This document shows, in pieces, positions 9,071 through 18,593 of a stretch of DNA of 64,000 nt. The position numbers and the translations under genes were made by a program. The stretch lies in the NCBI GenBank assembly GCA_930990515.1, contig CAKNPS010000003.1, positions 122,903-186,902 on the forward strand. Reading direction: 5' to 3'. Every line of letters begins with the position of its first letter. Position 1 is the stretch's first letter. Below the pieces are notes generated by a model. The model was given only the letters and a program-made list of their open reading frames with translations, was not told the DNA's origin and made no database searches. Source of the DNA: an uncultured Clostridia bacterium. GTDB lineage: Bacteria; Bacillota; Clostridia; Christensenellales; UBA1242.

Positions 9071-12000
9071 ATGTTTGAACTTAATAACTTTGAAAAAATT
9101 AAAATTGGTATCGCTTCACCTGAAAAAATTAGGGAATGGTCTCATGGTGAAGTGACTAAACCAGAAACTATCAACTATAGAACACAAAAACCAGAAAAAG
9201 ACGGTCTTTTCTGCGAAAGAATTTTCGGACCTAAAAAGGACTGGGAATGTCACTGCGGAAAATATAAGAAAATCCGTTATCGTGGTGTTATCTGCGATAA
9301 GTGCGGTGTTGAAGTCACAAGAAGCAAGGTGCGTCGTGAAAGAATGGGGCACATCGAACTTGCTTGTCCTGTCACACACCTTTGGTATTTCAGAACCGTT
9401 CCTTCTCGTATTGGTATGCTTTTAGACCTTACTCCAAAAACTTTGGAGCAAGTGGTTTATTATATCAATTACATCGTAACAGACCCTAAAAACACAGATT
9501 TAGAATATAAACAAATTTTAACTGATAAAGAATATCGTGATGCTATTGAAAAATTTGGTTATGGCAGTTTTGATGCTGGCATGGGCGCAGAAGCAATTAA
9601 AAAACTTCTCGGCGATGTTGACCTTGAAAAAGAAGCAAAAGATTTGAAAGAAGAACTTAAAACTTCTAAAGGTCAAAGAAAAATTAAGGCAGCAAAGAAA
9701 CTTGACATCGTGGAATCATTTAGAAAGAGTGGAAACAACCCAACTTGGATGGTTCTTGATGTTATTCCAGTTCTTCCACCAGATCTTCGTCCTATGGTTC
9801 CATTGGACGGTGGTAGATATGCAACAAGTGACTTAAACGATTTGTATCGTCGTGTTATCAACAGAAACAATCGTTTGAAGAAACTTATGGAACTTGGTGC
9901 TCCTGATGTTATTATTAGAAATGAAAAGAGAATGCTCCAAGAAGCAGTTGACAACCTTATTGATAATGGTAAACGAGGAAAGGCTGTTCAAGGTTCTAAA
10001 CAAAGAGATTTAAAATCACTTTCTGCAATGCTTGGTGGTAAACAAGGACGTTTCAGACAAAACCTTCTTGGAAAGCGTGTTGACTATTCTGGTCGTTCGG
10101 TTATCGTTGTTGGCCCAGAACTTAAGATTTATCAATGTGGTCTTCCAAAAGAAATGGCTCTTGAACTTTTCAAACCATTCATTATGAACAGACTTGTTGA
10201 AATGAATTTGACAAACAACATAAAAACTGCAAAACGTATGATTGAAAGAGAAAAACCTGTTGTTTGGGATATTTTGGCTGATGTCATTAAAGACCACCCA
10301 GTTCTTTTGAACCGTGCTCCAACTCTTCACAGACTTTCTGTTCAAGCATTTGAGCCTGTTCTTGTTGAAGGAAAGGCAATCAAACTTCACCCATCTGCCT
10401 GCGCTGCTTTCAACGCTGACTTCGATGGTGACCAAATGCCTGTTCACATTCCACTTTCAATTGATGCTAGAACTGAAGCAAGAACTTTAATGCTCGCTTC
10501 AAACAACATTTTGAAACTTTCTGACGGCGAACCAATTGTTACTCCATCTCAAGACGTTGTTCTTGGTTGCTACTACTTAACTCTTGTTAGACCTGGTGCT
10601 AAGGGAGAAGGTAGCATTTTCGCTTCAAGAAATGAAATGATTTATGCTTATCAAACAAAAAATCTTGACCTTCAAGCAGAATGTCAAGTTAGACTTACAA
10701 AAGAATATAACGGAAAAACTTATACAAAGCGTGTAACAACAACTGTTGGTCGTGTGTTATTTAACAACATTATTCCACAAGATTTAGGGTATGTAGATAG
10801 AACAATTGAAGATAATATCTGCGAACTTGAAATCAATAAACCTGTTAAGAAAGGAGAACTTAAAAATCTTGTTGGTGATGTTTATAATAAGTATGGCACA
10901 ACTGAAACTGCTACACTTGTAGATAAACTTAAGGAAATTGGTTATAAATATTCCACTCTTGCTTCAATTTCTGTCAACATCTATGATATTGACGAACCAA
11001 AGGAAAAGGCAGAAATTTTGAAGGAAGCAGAAGACCAAGTTTTAGAAAACGAAAAACTTCTTCGTCGTGGTCTTATCACTTTAAATGAAAAACTTGATGC
11101 CAACATTGAAATTTGGAACCACGCAGTAAACAAGGTGCAAGATGCTGTTGTTAAGTCAATTGACGACTTCAACCCATTCAGCCTTATGGTTCTTTCTGGT
11201 GCTCGTGGTAATAAAGTGCAATTGAACAGTGACTGTGGTATGATTGGTATTAAAGCTACTGCATCTGCAACAAAGAATGATACTGCAATTAAATCTTCCT
11301 TTAGACAAGGTTTAACTCCAATTGAATACTTCATTAACTCTCGTGGTTCAAGAAAAGGTCTTTCCGATACCGCTCTTAAAACCGCTGACTCTGGTTACCT
11401 TACTCGTCGTCTTGTTGATGTATCTCAAGATGTTGTCATTACAACTGAAGACTGCTTTGCTGATAATGGCGAAAAAGTTAAAGGAGTTACTGTTTCCGAA
11501 CTCGTTTCTGACGGATTTGTTCAAGAAACTCTTGACGAAAGAATTTATGGTCGTGTTGCTGTTGAAGATATTGTCAATCCAAAGACTGGCGAAATCATTG
11601 TTAAAGCAAACGAAATGATAACAAAAGAACAATCAAAAGCAGTTGTTGATGCTGGAATTAAGGAAGTTCAAATTCGTTCTCTTATCACTTGCCGTTGCAA
11701 ACATGGTGTTTGTGCTAAGTGTTATGGAAGAAATATGGCTGGCAAAGATATGGTTACTCTTGGCGAAGCAGTTGGAATTATTGCTGCTCAATCAATCGGT
11801 GAACCTGGTACACAGCTTACTATGAGAACCTTCCACACTGGTGGTTCTGCAGTTGCTGCCGATATCACTCAAGGTCTTCCTAGAGTTGAAGAAATCTTTG
11901 AAGCAAGAAAACCAAAAGGTGAATGCTTGCTTTCTGAAGTTGCTGGACGCGTTAAGATTAAGGAAGATGCTAAGAACTATGTTATCACAATCATTACTGG

Positions 12001-12601
12001 CGAAGGCGATGTTGACTATGAAGTTAGAAAACCTGCTGTTCTTCGTGTTAAAGATGGCGAAAAGGTAGAACCAGGAACACAACTTACCGCTGGGGCAATC
12101 AACCCATCTGACCTTCTTAGAACTAAAGGTCTTAAAGGACTTGAACAATATCTTCTTTCTGAAGTTATCAAAGTTTATCGTGGACAAGATGTTAAGGTTA
12201 ATGATAAACACGTTGAAATCATCATTCGTCAAATGCTTAAGAAAGTTAAGATTGAAGATGCTGGAGACACAAATCTTCTTACTGGCGAAATTGTTGATAT
12301 TTCAAGATGTGATGAAGAAAATGAAAAGACACTTCGTGAAGGTGGCAGACCTGCAATTGCAAGAAGAATGCTTCTTGGAATTACAAGAGCTGCTCTTATG
12401 ACAGAATCATTCTTATCATCTTCATCATTCCAAGAGACATCAAGAGTTCTTACTGATGCTGCTTTAAAAGGCAAAGTTGATAATCTTGTTGGTATTAAGG
12501 AAAATGTCATCATTGGAAAACTTATTCCTGCTGGAACTGGACTTAAGAAATATCGTTCAGTTGTTCCTGTTAAAGTGGAAAAAGAGGAAGAAGCAATTTA
12601 A
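9071..12601 (+). CDS. rpoC: DNA-directed RNA polymerase subunit beta'
   Basis: 1176-aa ORF with a zinc-finger [23 protein letters not shown], the catalytic NADFDGDQM motif and the conserved C-terminal GKLIPAGTG. Confidence 0.98.
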   Translation: MFELNNFEKIKIGIASPEKIREWSHGEVTKPETINYRTQKPEKDGLFCERIFGPKKDWECHCGKYKKIRYRGVICDKCGVEVTRSKVRRERMGHIELACPVTHLWYFRTVPSRIGMLLDLTPKTLEQVVYYINYIVTDPKNTDLEYKQILTDKEYRDAIEKFGYGSFDAGMGAEAIKKLLGDVDLEKEAKDLKEELKTSKGQRKIKAAKKLDIVESFRKSGNNPTWMVLDVIPVLPPDLRPMVPLDGGRYATSDLNDLYRRVINRNNRLKKLMELGAPDVIIRNEKRMLQEAVDNLIDNGKRGKAVQGSKQRDLKSLSAMLGGKQGRFRQNLLGKRVDYSGRSVIVVGPELKIYQCGLPKEMALELFKPFIMNRLVEMNLTNNIKTAKRMIEREKPVVWDILADVIKDHPVLLNRAPTLHRLSVQAFEPVLVEGKAIKLHPSACAAFNADFDGDQMPVHIPLSIDARTEARTLMLASNNILKLSDGEPIVTPSQDVVLGCYYLTLVRPGAKGEGSIFASRNEMIYAYQTKNLDLQAECQVRLTKEYNGKTYTKRVTTTVGRVLFNNIIPQDLGYVDRTIEDNICELEINKPVKKGELKNLVGDVYNKYGTTETATLVDKLKEIGYKYSTLASISVNIYDIDEPKEKAEILKEAEDQVLENEKLLRRGLITLNEKLDANIEIWNHAVNKVQDAVVKSIDDFNPFSLMVLSGARGNKVQLNSDCGMIGIKATASATKNDTAIKSSFRQGLTPIEYFINSRGSRKGLSDTALKTADSGYLTRRLVDVSQDVVITTEDCFADNGEKVKGVTVSELVSDGFVQETLDERIYGRVAVEDIVNPKTGEIIVKANEMITKEQSKAVVDAGIKEVQIRSLITCRCKHGVCAKCYGRNMAGKDMVTLGEAVGIIAAQSIGEPGTQLTMRTFHTGGSAVAADITQGLPRVEEIFEARKPKGECLLSEVAGRVKIKEDAKNYVITIITGEGDVDYEVRKPAVLRVKDGEKVEPGTQLTAGAINPSDLLRTKGLKGLEQYLLSEVIKVYRGQDVKVNDKHVEIIIRQMLKKVKIEDAGDTNLLTGEIVDISRCDEENEKTLREGGRPAIARRMLLGITRAALMTESFLSSSSFQETSRVLTDAALKGKVDNLVGIKENVIIGKLIPAGTGLKKYRSVVPVKVEKEEEAI

Positions 12602-12610
12602 TAAATTAAA

Positions 12611-12640
12611 AATAACTCTTGAAAAAGAGTTATTTTTTTG
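12611..12640 (+). terminator. Rho-independent terminator after rpoC
   Basis: ataactctt (12612-12620), loop gaaa, aagagttat (12625-12633), followed by a T-run. Confidence 0.8.
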
Positions 12641-12743
12641 TTTATATTTCTTATGAAAAATTGGGGATATGTGCAATAAAACATTGTATTTTTAATCTTG
12701 ACATCAGAGTATTTTAATGTTAAAATAATATAAAGGAGAAAAA

Positions 12744-13142
12744 ATGGATATATTTCTTAATAATAGTCAAGAAAATTTATTAGAATTTTTGGTTAAATAT
12801 TATGATTTAATTAAAGATAAAAATATTTTTATTTCTGGTGGTGTGGCATCTAATTTTTCTGCTATGTATAGAAGAATGTTTATGAATAGAGAACCAAAAA
12901 TTGAACAAAAGAACAATGGTTTATATTATTCTTATGACTTAACTGAAGTTTTTGATGAAAATTTAAAAAATGAAGGTTCGATAAAAATTTTTGATGATTT
13001 GACGCATAGAGGTCGTTTTAAAATTATGGCATTTAATTATAAAGATGTGAAGTATAGAACGAGTATTTATAATACAGAAACAATTTGCTTTTATGAGAAT
13101 ATAAACGAAAAAAATTGGATTAAAGGAAAAAGCAAGGATTAA
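12744..13142 (+). CDS. Hypothetical protein (132 aa), first gene of an AT-rich two-gene cassette
   Basis: ORF with SD aaaggag and an upstream TTGACA-17-TAAAAT promoter. I recognise no motif. Its stop lies 2 nt before the next ATG. Confidence 0.5.
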   Translation: MDIFLNNSQENLLEFLVKYYDLIKDKNIFISGGVASNFSAMYRRMFMNREPKIEQKNNGLYYSYDLTEVFDENLKNEGSIKIFDDLTHRGRFKIMAFNYKDVKYRTSIYNTETICFYENINEKNWIKGKSKD

Positions 13143-13144
13143 TT

Positions 13145-14209
13145 ATGGAAAATAATAATATAAATGCTACTTTTGATGATGATTTTGCAAAAAGATTAGA
13201 TAAAAGACTTTTTGAGATAAAGGCTTACGATTTTTATTATAGTATAAAAAATTATTTACCACTTCTTTCTCAAAGCATTAGGGGATATAAATCGCAGGAT
13301 ATATATATTTCAAAATGCGATACAAGCACTGAAGAAATGATTATGACAGCACTATTATTTTACAAAGATTTTGACAAAGAATTATATAATAAATTAAACA
13401 AGACTTTGACGGAAAAAGTTTATTTTATAGAATCTCCAACTCCTTTCATTTCCAAATTTTCTTTGGAATTTTATGATGAGCATATAAAAGAATTAGAAAA
13501 TAAAGAAACAATATTACAAATTTCTGAGCCAACAAATAAAAAAGGTTTAGTAAATGCTGTAGGCAACAATCTTATTAAAAAATATAACCGCGTGTTTAGA
13601 GAGATTAATTTAAATCCTAGTGATGATATTTTAGGTTTTGTTACTATTGCTCACGAATTTGCACATATTTTAACACAAAGCGTGCAAGAAATGAAAAAAG
13701 AAAAAGACAAAAATGCAGGTGAGATTGAAAGCCTTTTCATTGAAAAAGTTTTTATTGACTGGGCTTGCAAAAATGGAATTTTTTCAGAAAAAGAGCATCA
13801 AAGTTGTGAGAATCTTAATAGAGAACAATATTTGGGAAATGTTATTTTGTTGCTGGAAGAACAAGATATTTTATCTCGTTTAAAACCACCAATCACAAAA
13901 GAAAAATTGAATGATTTTGAAGAAAATTTGCGTGGTGATAGAAATTATAAACCACTTATGCGAAGACTTAGAATTATGGCTGACGGCGATAGAAATGGAC
14001 AAAGAATTTTTAGATATGTTGTAGGTAAGATTATTGCAAGCGAACTTTTTAAAGATTATCAAGAAAATAGAGAAGTGACAACACAAAAGTTAAAAAACTT
14101 CTTAAATCATAACACAGAGATTACACTTGAAAAATCAGCACAATTATTATTGGGAGATAACTACAAAGACAGAATTAAAAATGCTTGTTACAGAGGAATT
14201 TCAAAATAA
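13145..14209 (+). CDS. Putative zinc metallopeptidase (HExxH gluzincin-like), 354 aa
   Basis: The motif VTIAHEFAHILTQS (HEFAH) is followed about 20 residues later by GEIES, a possible third ligand Glu. Otherwise no recognisable family. Confidence 0.45.
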   Translation: MENNNINATFDDDFAKRLDKRLFEIKAYDFYYSIKNYLPLLSQSIRGYKSQDIYISKCDTSTEEMIMTALLFYKDFDKELYNKLNKTLTEKVYFIESPTPFISKFSLEFYDEHIKELENKETILQISEPTNKKGLVNAVGNNLIKKYNRVFREINLNPSDDILGFVTIAHEFAHILTQSVQEMKKEKDKNAGEIESLFIEKVFIDWACKNGIFSEKEHQSCENLNREQYLGNVILLLEEQDILSRLKPPITKEKLNDFEENLRGDRNYKPLMRRLRIMADGDRNGQRIFRYVVGKIIASELFKDYQENREVTTQKLKNFLNHNTEITLEKSAQLLLGDNYKDRIKNACYRGISK

Positions 14210-14239
14210 AATGCATACAAAATCTGTATGCATTTTTTA
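14207..14239 (+). terminator. Rho-independent terminator
   Basis: atgcataca (14211-14219)/tgtatgcat (14225-14233), followed by tttttt. Confidence 0.8.
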
Positions 14240-14351
14240 AAAAATTAGATATTTTTAATGTTTTTTAGATTTTTTGTGCAAAAAAATCAATTTTTTCATT
14301 TTTTATAACTTTTTTGCTAAATTTATCATATTTAAAAGAGTAAAATATTAA

Positions 14352-14540
14352 ATTAAAGAAGAATGTTTTGAGTGGCTTGAAAGTGGAGAAATTGAAAAAT
14401 TAGCAGATTTAGAAGAAGTTATAAGATCAATCTTAGATGCAAAAATTGTTTCTTATAAGGATTTTGAAACTATTAGAAAAGGAAAACAGAAAAAGCGTGG
14501 CGTGTTTAAAAAGAAAATTTTTCTTTATGTTGTTGAGTAA
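14352..14540 (+). pseudogene. C-terminal remnant of a MazG/HisE-like NTP pyrophosphohydrolase gene (no start codon)
   Basis: 62 in-frame codons directly after a TAA, with no ATG or SD. Translation: IKEECFEWLESGEIEKLADLEEVIRSILDAKIVSYKDFETIRKGKQKKRGVFKKKIFLYVVE. The ending KRG.F.K.IFL matches my memory of all-alpha NTP-PPase C-termini. Confidence 0.35.
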
Positions 14541-14590
14541 TTAATTTAGTTTCAAAATATTTAGATAAATTAGTTTTTTTGAAAAAAGTA

Positions 14591-14619
14591 TTGCAAGATT
14601 AATTATAATATGATATAAT
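14591..14619 (+). promoter_or_regulatory. Promoter of the 14734 gene
   Basis: TTGCAA (14591-14596), 17-nt spacer, TGaTATAAT (hexamer 14614-14619). The leader contains an 11-bp hairpin, aagtgaaaaca/tgttttcactt. Confidence 0.6.
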
Positions 14620-14733
14620 ATTACCATGAAAAGTGAAAAACAATTATATAAGTAAATTATCTGTTTTCACTTCTTATAACTTTATTGGTTTGCGCCTATA
14701 AAGTAAAAAATAAAAAGAAAAGGAGAAGAAAAA

Positions 14734-15300
14734 ATGGCTACAAAAACATTAAAATTATCATCATTAAATCCAGCTGAATATCCAGACGTTGAAGTTGAAT
14801 GCGAAGTAATTGGTGATATGAAGGCTTATGCCGAAGCACTTATTGAATATCAAAAATCACAAGGTGTTAAAGTTGAAAGTGCTAAAAAAACTGCAAGAGT
14901 TTCTGCTAGACTTGGAAAAATTGGTGAAGAAGTTGACACTAGACCAAGAGTTAGAAGAGATGGTAAGGTTTATGTTATTGGTGAGACAAAAGGTAAAGTT
15001 AAAGTTGAAGGAAGTATGATAGTTCAAAATCCAGATGGTGAAGAATATATTGTAAAACCTGATAAATTTGATGCTAAATATAAAGCAACTGAAACTCCTG
15101 GTGTTTATGAACCAAAGGACCAACCAATTAAATATATCCCAATAACAAAAGATATAACTTTCTTAGCTCCTTGGGGAGAAGAAATGTTTGGTGTTAAAGG
15201 TGCAGTTTTAAATGTTTCAAATTTAGATGATATCTATGCAATTCAAAATGAAGCATTTGAAAAAACTTATACACCTGTAAAACAAGAAAAAACTAAGTGA
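14734..15300 (+). CDS. Conserved-looking hypothetical protein (188 aa)
   Basis: ORF with a strong SD (aaaggagaag) and its own promoter and terminator. No family recognised with confidence. Confidence 0.6.
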   Translation: MATKTLKLSSLNPAEYPDVEVECEVIGDMKAYAEALIEYQKSQGVKVESAKKTARVSARLGKIGEEVDTRPRVRRDGKVYVIGETKGKVKVEGSMIVQNPDGEEYIVKPDKFDAKYKATETPGVYEPKDQPIKYIPITKDITFLAPWGEEMFGVKGAVLNVSNLDDIYAIQNEAFEKTYTPVKQEKTK

Positions 15301-15310
15301 TAATACAAAT

Positions 15311-15341
15311 AAAAACACATACTTACTGTATGTGTTTTTTG
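15311..15341. terminator. Bidirectional rho-independent terminator
   Basis: acacatac (15315-15322)/gtatgtgt (15328-15335), with an A-run on the left and a T-run on the right. It can serve both the + gene and the minus-strand tRNA transcript. Confidence 0.7.
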
Positions 15342-15451
15342 TTAATAGTTGTGTTTATAAAATTTGTCTATTTTAGCATTTAAAAAGATATGTTAAAAGA
15401 TAAAGAATGCCCACAATTTAGACATCCCTTATCTTAATTTTATTTATGTAT

Positions 15452-15537
15452 TGGTGCAGGTGGAGGGGGTCGAACCCTCATGAAGTCGCCTTCGCGGGAT
15501 TTTGAGTCCCGTGCGTCTGCCATTCCGCCACACCTGC
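15452..15537 (-). tRNA. tRNA-Leu (anticodon CAA), CCA encoded
   Basis: Reverse complement: GCAGGTG TG GCGGAATGGCAGACGC A CGGGA CTCAAAA TCCCG, long variable arm, GAGGG TTCGACC CCCTC CACCTGC A CCA. This is a class II cloverleaf with anticodon loop CU-CAA-AA. Confidence 0.93.
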
Positions 15538-15551
15538 TTACGTCGCAAACT

Positions 15552-16075
15552 GCACTTCATTTCGACTTTTGCCTAATGCCAAAAGTCTTACCATTCGCTT
15601 GTTTGCTCCTTTTTCCCAAAAATGACAAGCATTTTCGGGAACCCTATTGTGAGTGCACTTCATTTCGACTTTTGCCTAATGCCAAAAGTCTTACCATTCG
15701 TTTGTTTGCTCCTTTTTCCCAAAAATGACAAGCATTTTCGGGAGCCCTGATAGTTCTGCACTTCATTTCGACTTTTGCCTAGGATTTTATCAAGTTAAAT
15801 AAAACTTATAAAATCTTAAAAACAGTCGTTGACTGTCCCAAAAATGACAAACATTTTTGGGAACCCTGATAGTTCTGCACTTCATTTCGACTTTTGCCTA
15901 GGATTTTATCAAGTTAAATAAAACTTATAAAATCTTAAAAATAGTCGTTGACTGTCCCAAAAATGACAAACATTTTCGGGAATCCTGTTGTGAGTGCGCT
16001 TCATTTCAACTTTTGCCTAGGATTTTATAAAGTTAAACTAAACTTAAAAATCTTAAATGCAGTCTAGACTAGCAA
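15552..16075. repeat. Five tandem hairpin-rich repeat units: A1 15552-15654, A2 15655-15757, B1 15758-15876, B2 15877-15994, and a diverged B3 from 15995 to about 16075
   Basis: The block gcacttcatttcgacttttgcct recurs at 15552, 15655, 15758, 15877 and 15995 (periods 103, 103, 119, 118). The block cccaaaaatgacaaRcattttYggga recurs four times. Type A and type B units differ in their central 40 versus 56 nt. Confidence 0.9.
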
Positions 16076-16118
16076 ATGTTTAATCATAACGAAACGGGGT
16101 GTTTCGTTAACGCTTTTA

Positions 16119-16147
16119 ATATTACCACATTTTATTAAGATTTGCAA
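16119..16147 (-). promoter_or_regulatory. Minus-strand promoter reading into the repeat array and tRNA-Leu(CAA)
   Basis: On the minus strand: TTGCAA (16147-16142), 17-nt spacer, TGgTAATAT (hexamer 16124-16119). No terminator lies between it and the tRNA. Confidence 0.5.
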
Positions 16148-16185
16148 GTAATTTTCTTTATTTTTTATTTTTACTTCAATTTTTC

Positions 16186-16214
16186 TTGCAAATTTTTCTT
16201 TTTCTAGATATAAT
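16186..16214 (+). promoter_or_regulatory. Promoter of recJ
   Basis: TTGCAA (16186-16191), 17-nt spacer, TATAAT (16209-16214). Confidence 0.6.
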
Positions 16215-16247
16215 ATATATGAAAGTATTTTTTAAGGTAAAACGACA

Positions 16248-18593
16248 ATGATTTTTAAGAAATTTTTTAACCAAAACTCCGCACTCGTAAAGGAGTATGC
16301 GGAAAAATTCCAAGTTTTACCATCAACAATGTATCTTATTTTATCTCGTGGATTTAAGACTGAAGAGGAAATTGCTGATTTTCTTTCAATACCAAAACTT
16401 TTGGACCCTTTCCTTATTAAAGGTATGAAAGAACTTTGTGAAAGAATTGATTTAGCGAAAAAATTAGGCGACAGAGTTTTAATTTTTGGTGACTATGATG
16501 TTGACGGCATAAGTGCCACGGCGATAATGCTAAAAACCTTGAAAAAACTTGGAATTCAAGCAGATTTTTATTTACCAAACCGCTATGTTGACGGTTATGG
16601 TTTATCATGCGATGTGATTGACAAAATTGAAAAGAAGTTTTGTTCTGACCTTATCATCACAGTTGACTGTGGTATTTCTTGCTATGAAGAAGTGGAATAT
16701 GCCAAGAAAAAAGGGATTGACATCATTATAACTGACCACCACGAAATTCCAGAAAAAATTCCTGACACTTTGGTTTTAAATGCAAAAATAAAGGGACAAG
16801 ATTATCCGTTTACGGAAATTTGCGGAACTGGTATGGCATACAAAATTTCTGAAGCACTTTTAGGGCAAAAAAAGGCGGAAGAATTTTTACCTATTGCGAC
16901 CATTGCAACCATTGCTGACATTGTTTCTCTCACTGGAGAAAACCGAAACATTGTTAAACGCGGATTTCAGTGTTTTGACAAGTTGCCAACCGGGCTTAAA
17001 CAACTTTTCAAAGATAACAAAGTTTCACTTTCAAATCCAAGTGCCACTGACATTGCTTTTAAGATTTCGCCAAAAATCAACTCATCTGGAAGAATGGGAC
17101 ATGCGGAAGACAGTTTGATGTTATATTTAAGCGAAGACCCTGTTGAAATTAGGAAATATCTTAATAAGATTTCTGAACATAACTCAAAACGCCAAGAACT
17201 TTCTGCAAAGATTATGGAAGATTGCGAAAAAGCAATTAAGAAAATGGATTTATCTAAAATTCGTGTGATTACACTTGCATCTAAAAAGTGGGACCAAGGA
17301 GTTTTGGGGATTGCTTGTGCAAGGCTTGTGGAAGAATATAACAGACCAGTCTTCTTATTCTCTCAAGTAGGCGACACCTTACACGGCTCTGGGCGAAGTA
17401 TTGACGACATCAATATACATGAGTTATTGTCATCAATGAGTGACATTTTGGAAACTTTTGGCGGGCACACAATGGCAGCGGGACTAACACTCAAAAGAGC
17501 AAAATATGAAGAATTTTCGAATCGTGTTAATGCTTTTGTTTTTGAGCATATAAATGATAAAGTGTTCATACCTATAAAATATTACGACCTTGACATCAAG
17601 TTAGAAGAAATTGACGAAAGATTTTTGAAAGAATTAAAACTTTTAGAACCTTTTGGTTGTGACAATCCAAAACCAAAATTCAAAATCACGGCAGAAAATG
17701 TCGACATTCAACCTATGCGATTTAATGGGCTTCACGCAAACATCAAGATTGGAGATTTAGAACTTGCATATTTTAATTTTTACAAAAACTTTAATCCACT
17801 TTTCTTTTCAAGATATAAATCATTTATTTTCGAATTTCAAGAAAATGGAAAGAAGGGTATGGTTTCCGATTTCGATGCGGGAAGTTTCATAATCGACAAT
17901 GCACATACTTACACATATCCAATTCAACTTGAGCATTACTTGTATGACGAAGGGGAAGCAAATTTTGCATACTATCCAGAGAGTGAACTTTTAAACTTTG
18001 TGGCAAGCACGCAAAGTGGAGTTTATGGCACTTGTTTTGTGACTTATTCTGCTTATGATTTTGTCAATTTTCTCAAAAATTACACCAAAGATAATTTATA
18101 CCATATTGGCATTTATGACGAAAACTGCATAGGTTATAACAGTCTTCTTCTTGCGCCTCGTGGAACTGCTTGGGCACAAAATTTCAGTAAAATCATCTTT
18201 TTGTCACCGGTTTTGGACAGTGGGTTTATTAGTGAAATTCAAAAGATTTCTAATGCTGAAATATATTTGCCAATGGGTGCTAAAGAAGACAAAAATAGAT
18301 ATAATAATATCAACTTGTCAAGGGAAAGTTTTGGCAGAGTGTTTAAGGCTCTTACATCTAAAACTGGGAATTTTTACTCGCCAGCAGATTTTTATGAGCA
18401 TAGGCTTAAATGTAAAGTTTCTTTCGACACATTTTATGTTGCCTTTCTCACTTTTAAGGAACTTGGGCTTATCAAAAAGGCAGACGACAATTATTTTAAC
18501 TATTTTGAAGTAAAAAATGTTAAAAAACCTTTGACAGATTCGAAATTTTATAATAAATTATTATTGATTAAAAATTCTTGGGGTAAAAAATGA
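16248..18593 (+). CDS. recJ: Single-stranded-DNA-specific exonuclease RecJ
   Basis: DHH-family motifs FGDYDVDGISA, TVDCGIS, ITDHHE and FGGHTMAAG. 781 aa. Confidence 0.9.
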   Translation: MIFKKFFNQNSALVKEYAEKFQVLPSTMYLILSRGFKTEEEIADFLSIPKLLDPFLIKGMKELCERIDLAKKLGDRVLIFGDYDVDGISATAIMLKTLKKLGIQADFYLPNRYVDGYGLSCDVIDKIEKKFCSDLIITVDCGISCYEEVEYAKKKGIDIIITDHHEIPEKIPDTLVLNAKIKGQDYPFTEICGTGMAYKISEALLGQKKAEEFLPIATIATIADIVSLTGENRNIVKRGFQCFDKLPTGLKQLFKDNKVSLSNPSATDIAFKISPKINSSGRMGHAEDSLMLYLSEDPVEIRKYLNKISEHNSKRQELSAKIMEDCEKAIKKMDLSKIRVITLASKKWDQGVLGIACARLVEEYNRPVFLFSQVGDTLHGSGRSIDDINIHELLSSMSDILETFGGHTMAAGLTLKRAKYEEFSNRVNAFVFEHINDKVFIPIKYYDLDIKLEEIDERFLKELKLLEPFGCDNPKPKFKITAENVDIQPMRFNGLHANIKIGDLELAYFNFYKNFNPLFFSRYKSFIFEFQENGKKGMVSDFDAGSFIIDNAHTYTYPIQLEHYLYDEGEANFAYYPESELLNFVASTQSGVYGTCFVTYSAYDFVNFLKNYTKDNLYHIGIYDENCIGYNSLLLAPRGTAWAQNFSKIIFLSPVLDSGFISEIQKISNAEIYLPMGAKEDKNRYNNINLSRESFGRVFKALTSKTGNFYSPADFYEHRLKCKVSFDTFYVAFLTFKELGLIKKADDNYFNYFEVKNVKKPLTDSKFYNKLLLIKNSWGKK

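Noticed and set aside
5265-12513. Numerous 60-213-aa ORFs nested in or antisense to rpoB and rpoC. Similar nested ORFs occur inside recJ, relA, pnp, valS, ALDH, fhs and the giant surface proteins.
   Set aside because: They lie entirely within strongly supported conserved genes, lack SDs and have low-complexity translations typical of off-frame AT-rich sequence.
15480-15728. 82-aa plus-strand ORF in the ORF track
   Set aside because: It starts inside the antisense of tRNA-Leu(CAA) and runs through the tandem repeat units. It has no SD, and its repetitive translation simply mirrors the DNA repeats.
15552-16075. Possible CRISPR array
   Set aside because: The units are 103-119 bp, and the 'spacer' parts are themselves duplicated (two identical type A centres and two or three type B centres). 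There are no cas genes. This is a tandem repeat, not repeat/unique-spacer architecture.
15301-16247. Integrated mobile element using tRNA-Leu as an attachment site
   Set aside because: No integrase or phage/ICE genes flank either tRNA-Leu gene. The repeats lie on the 5' side of the tRNA, whereas att duplications involve the 3' end.
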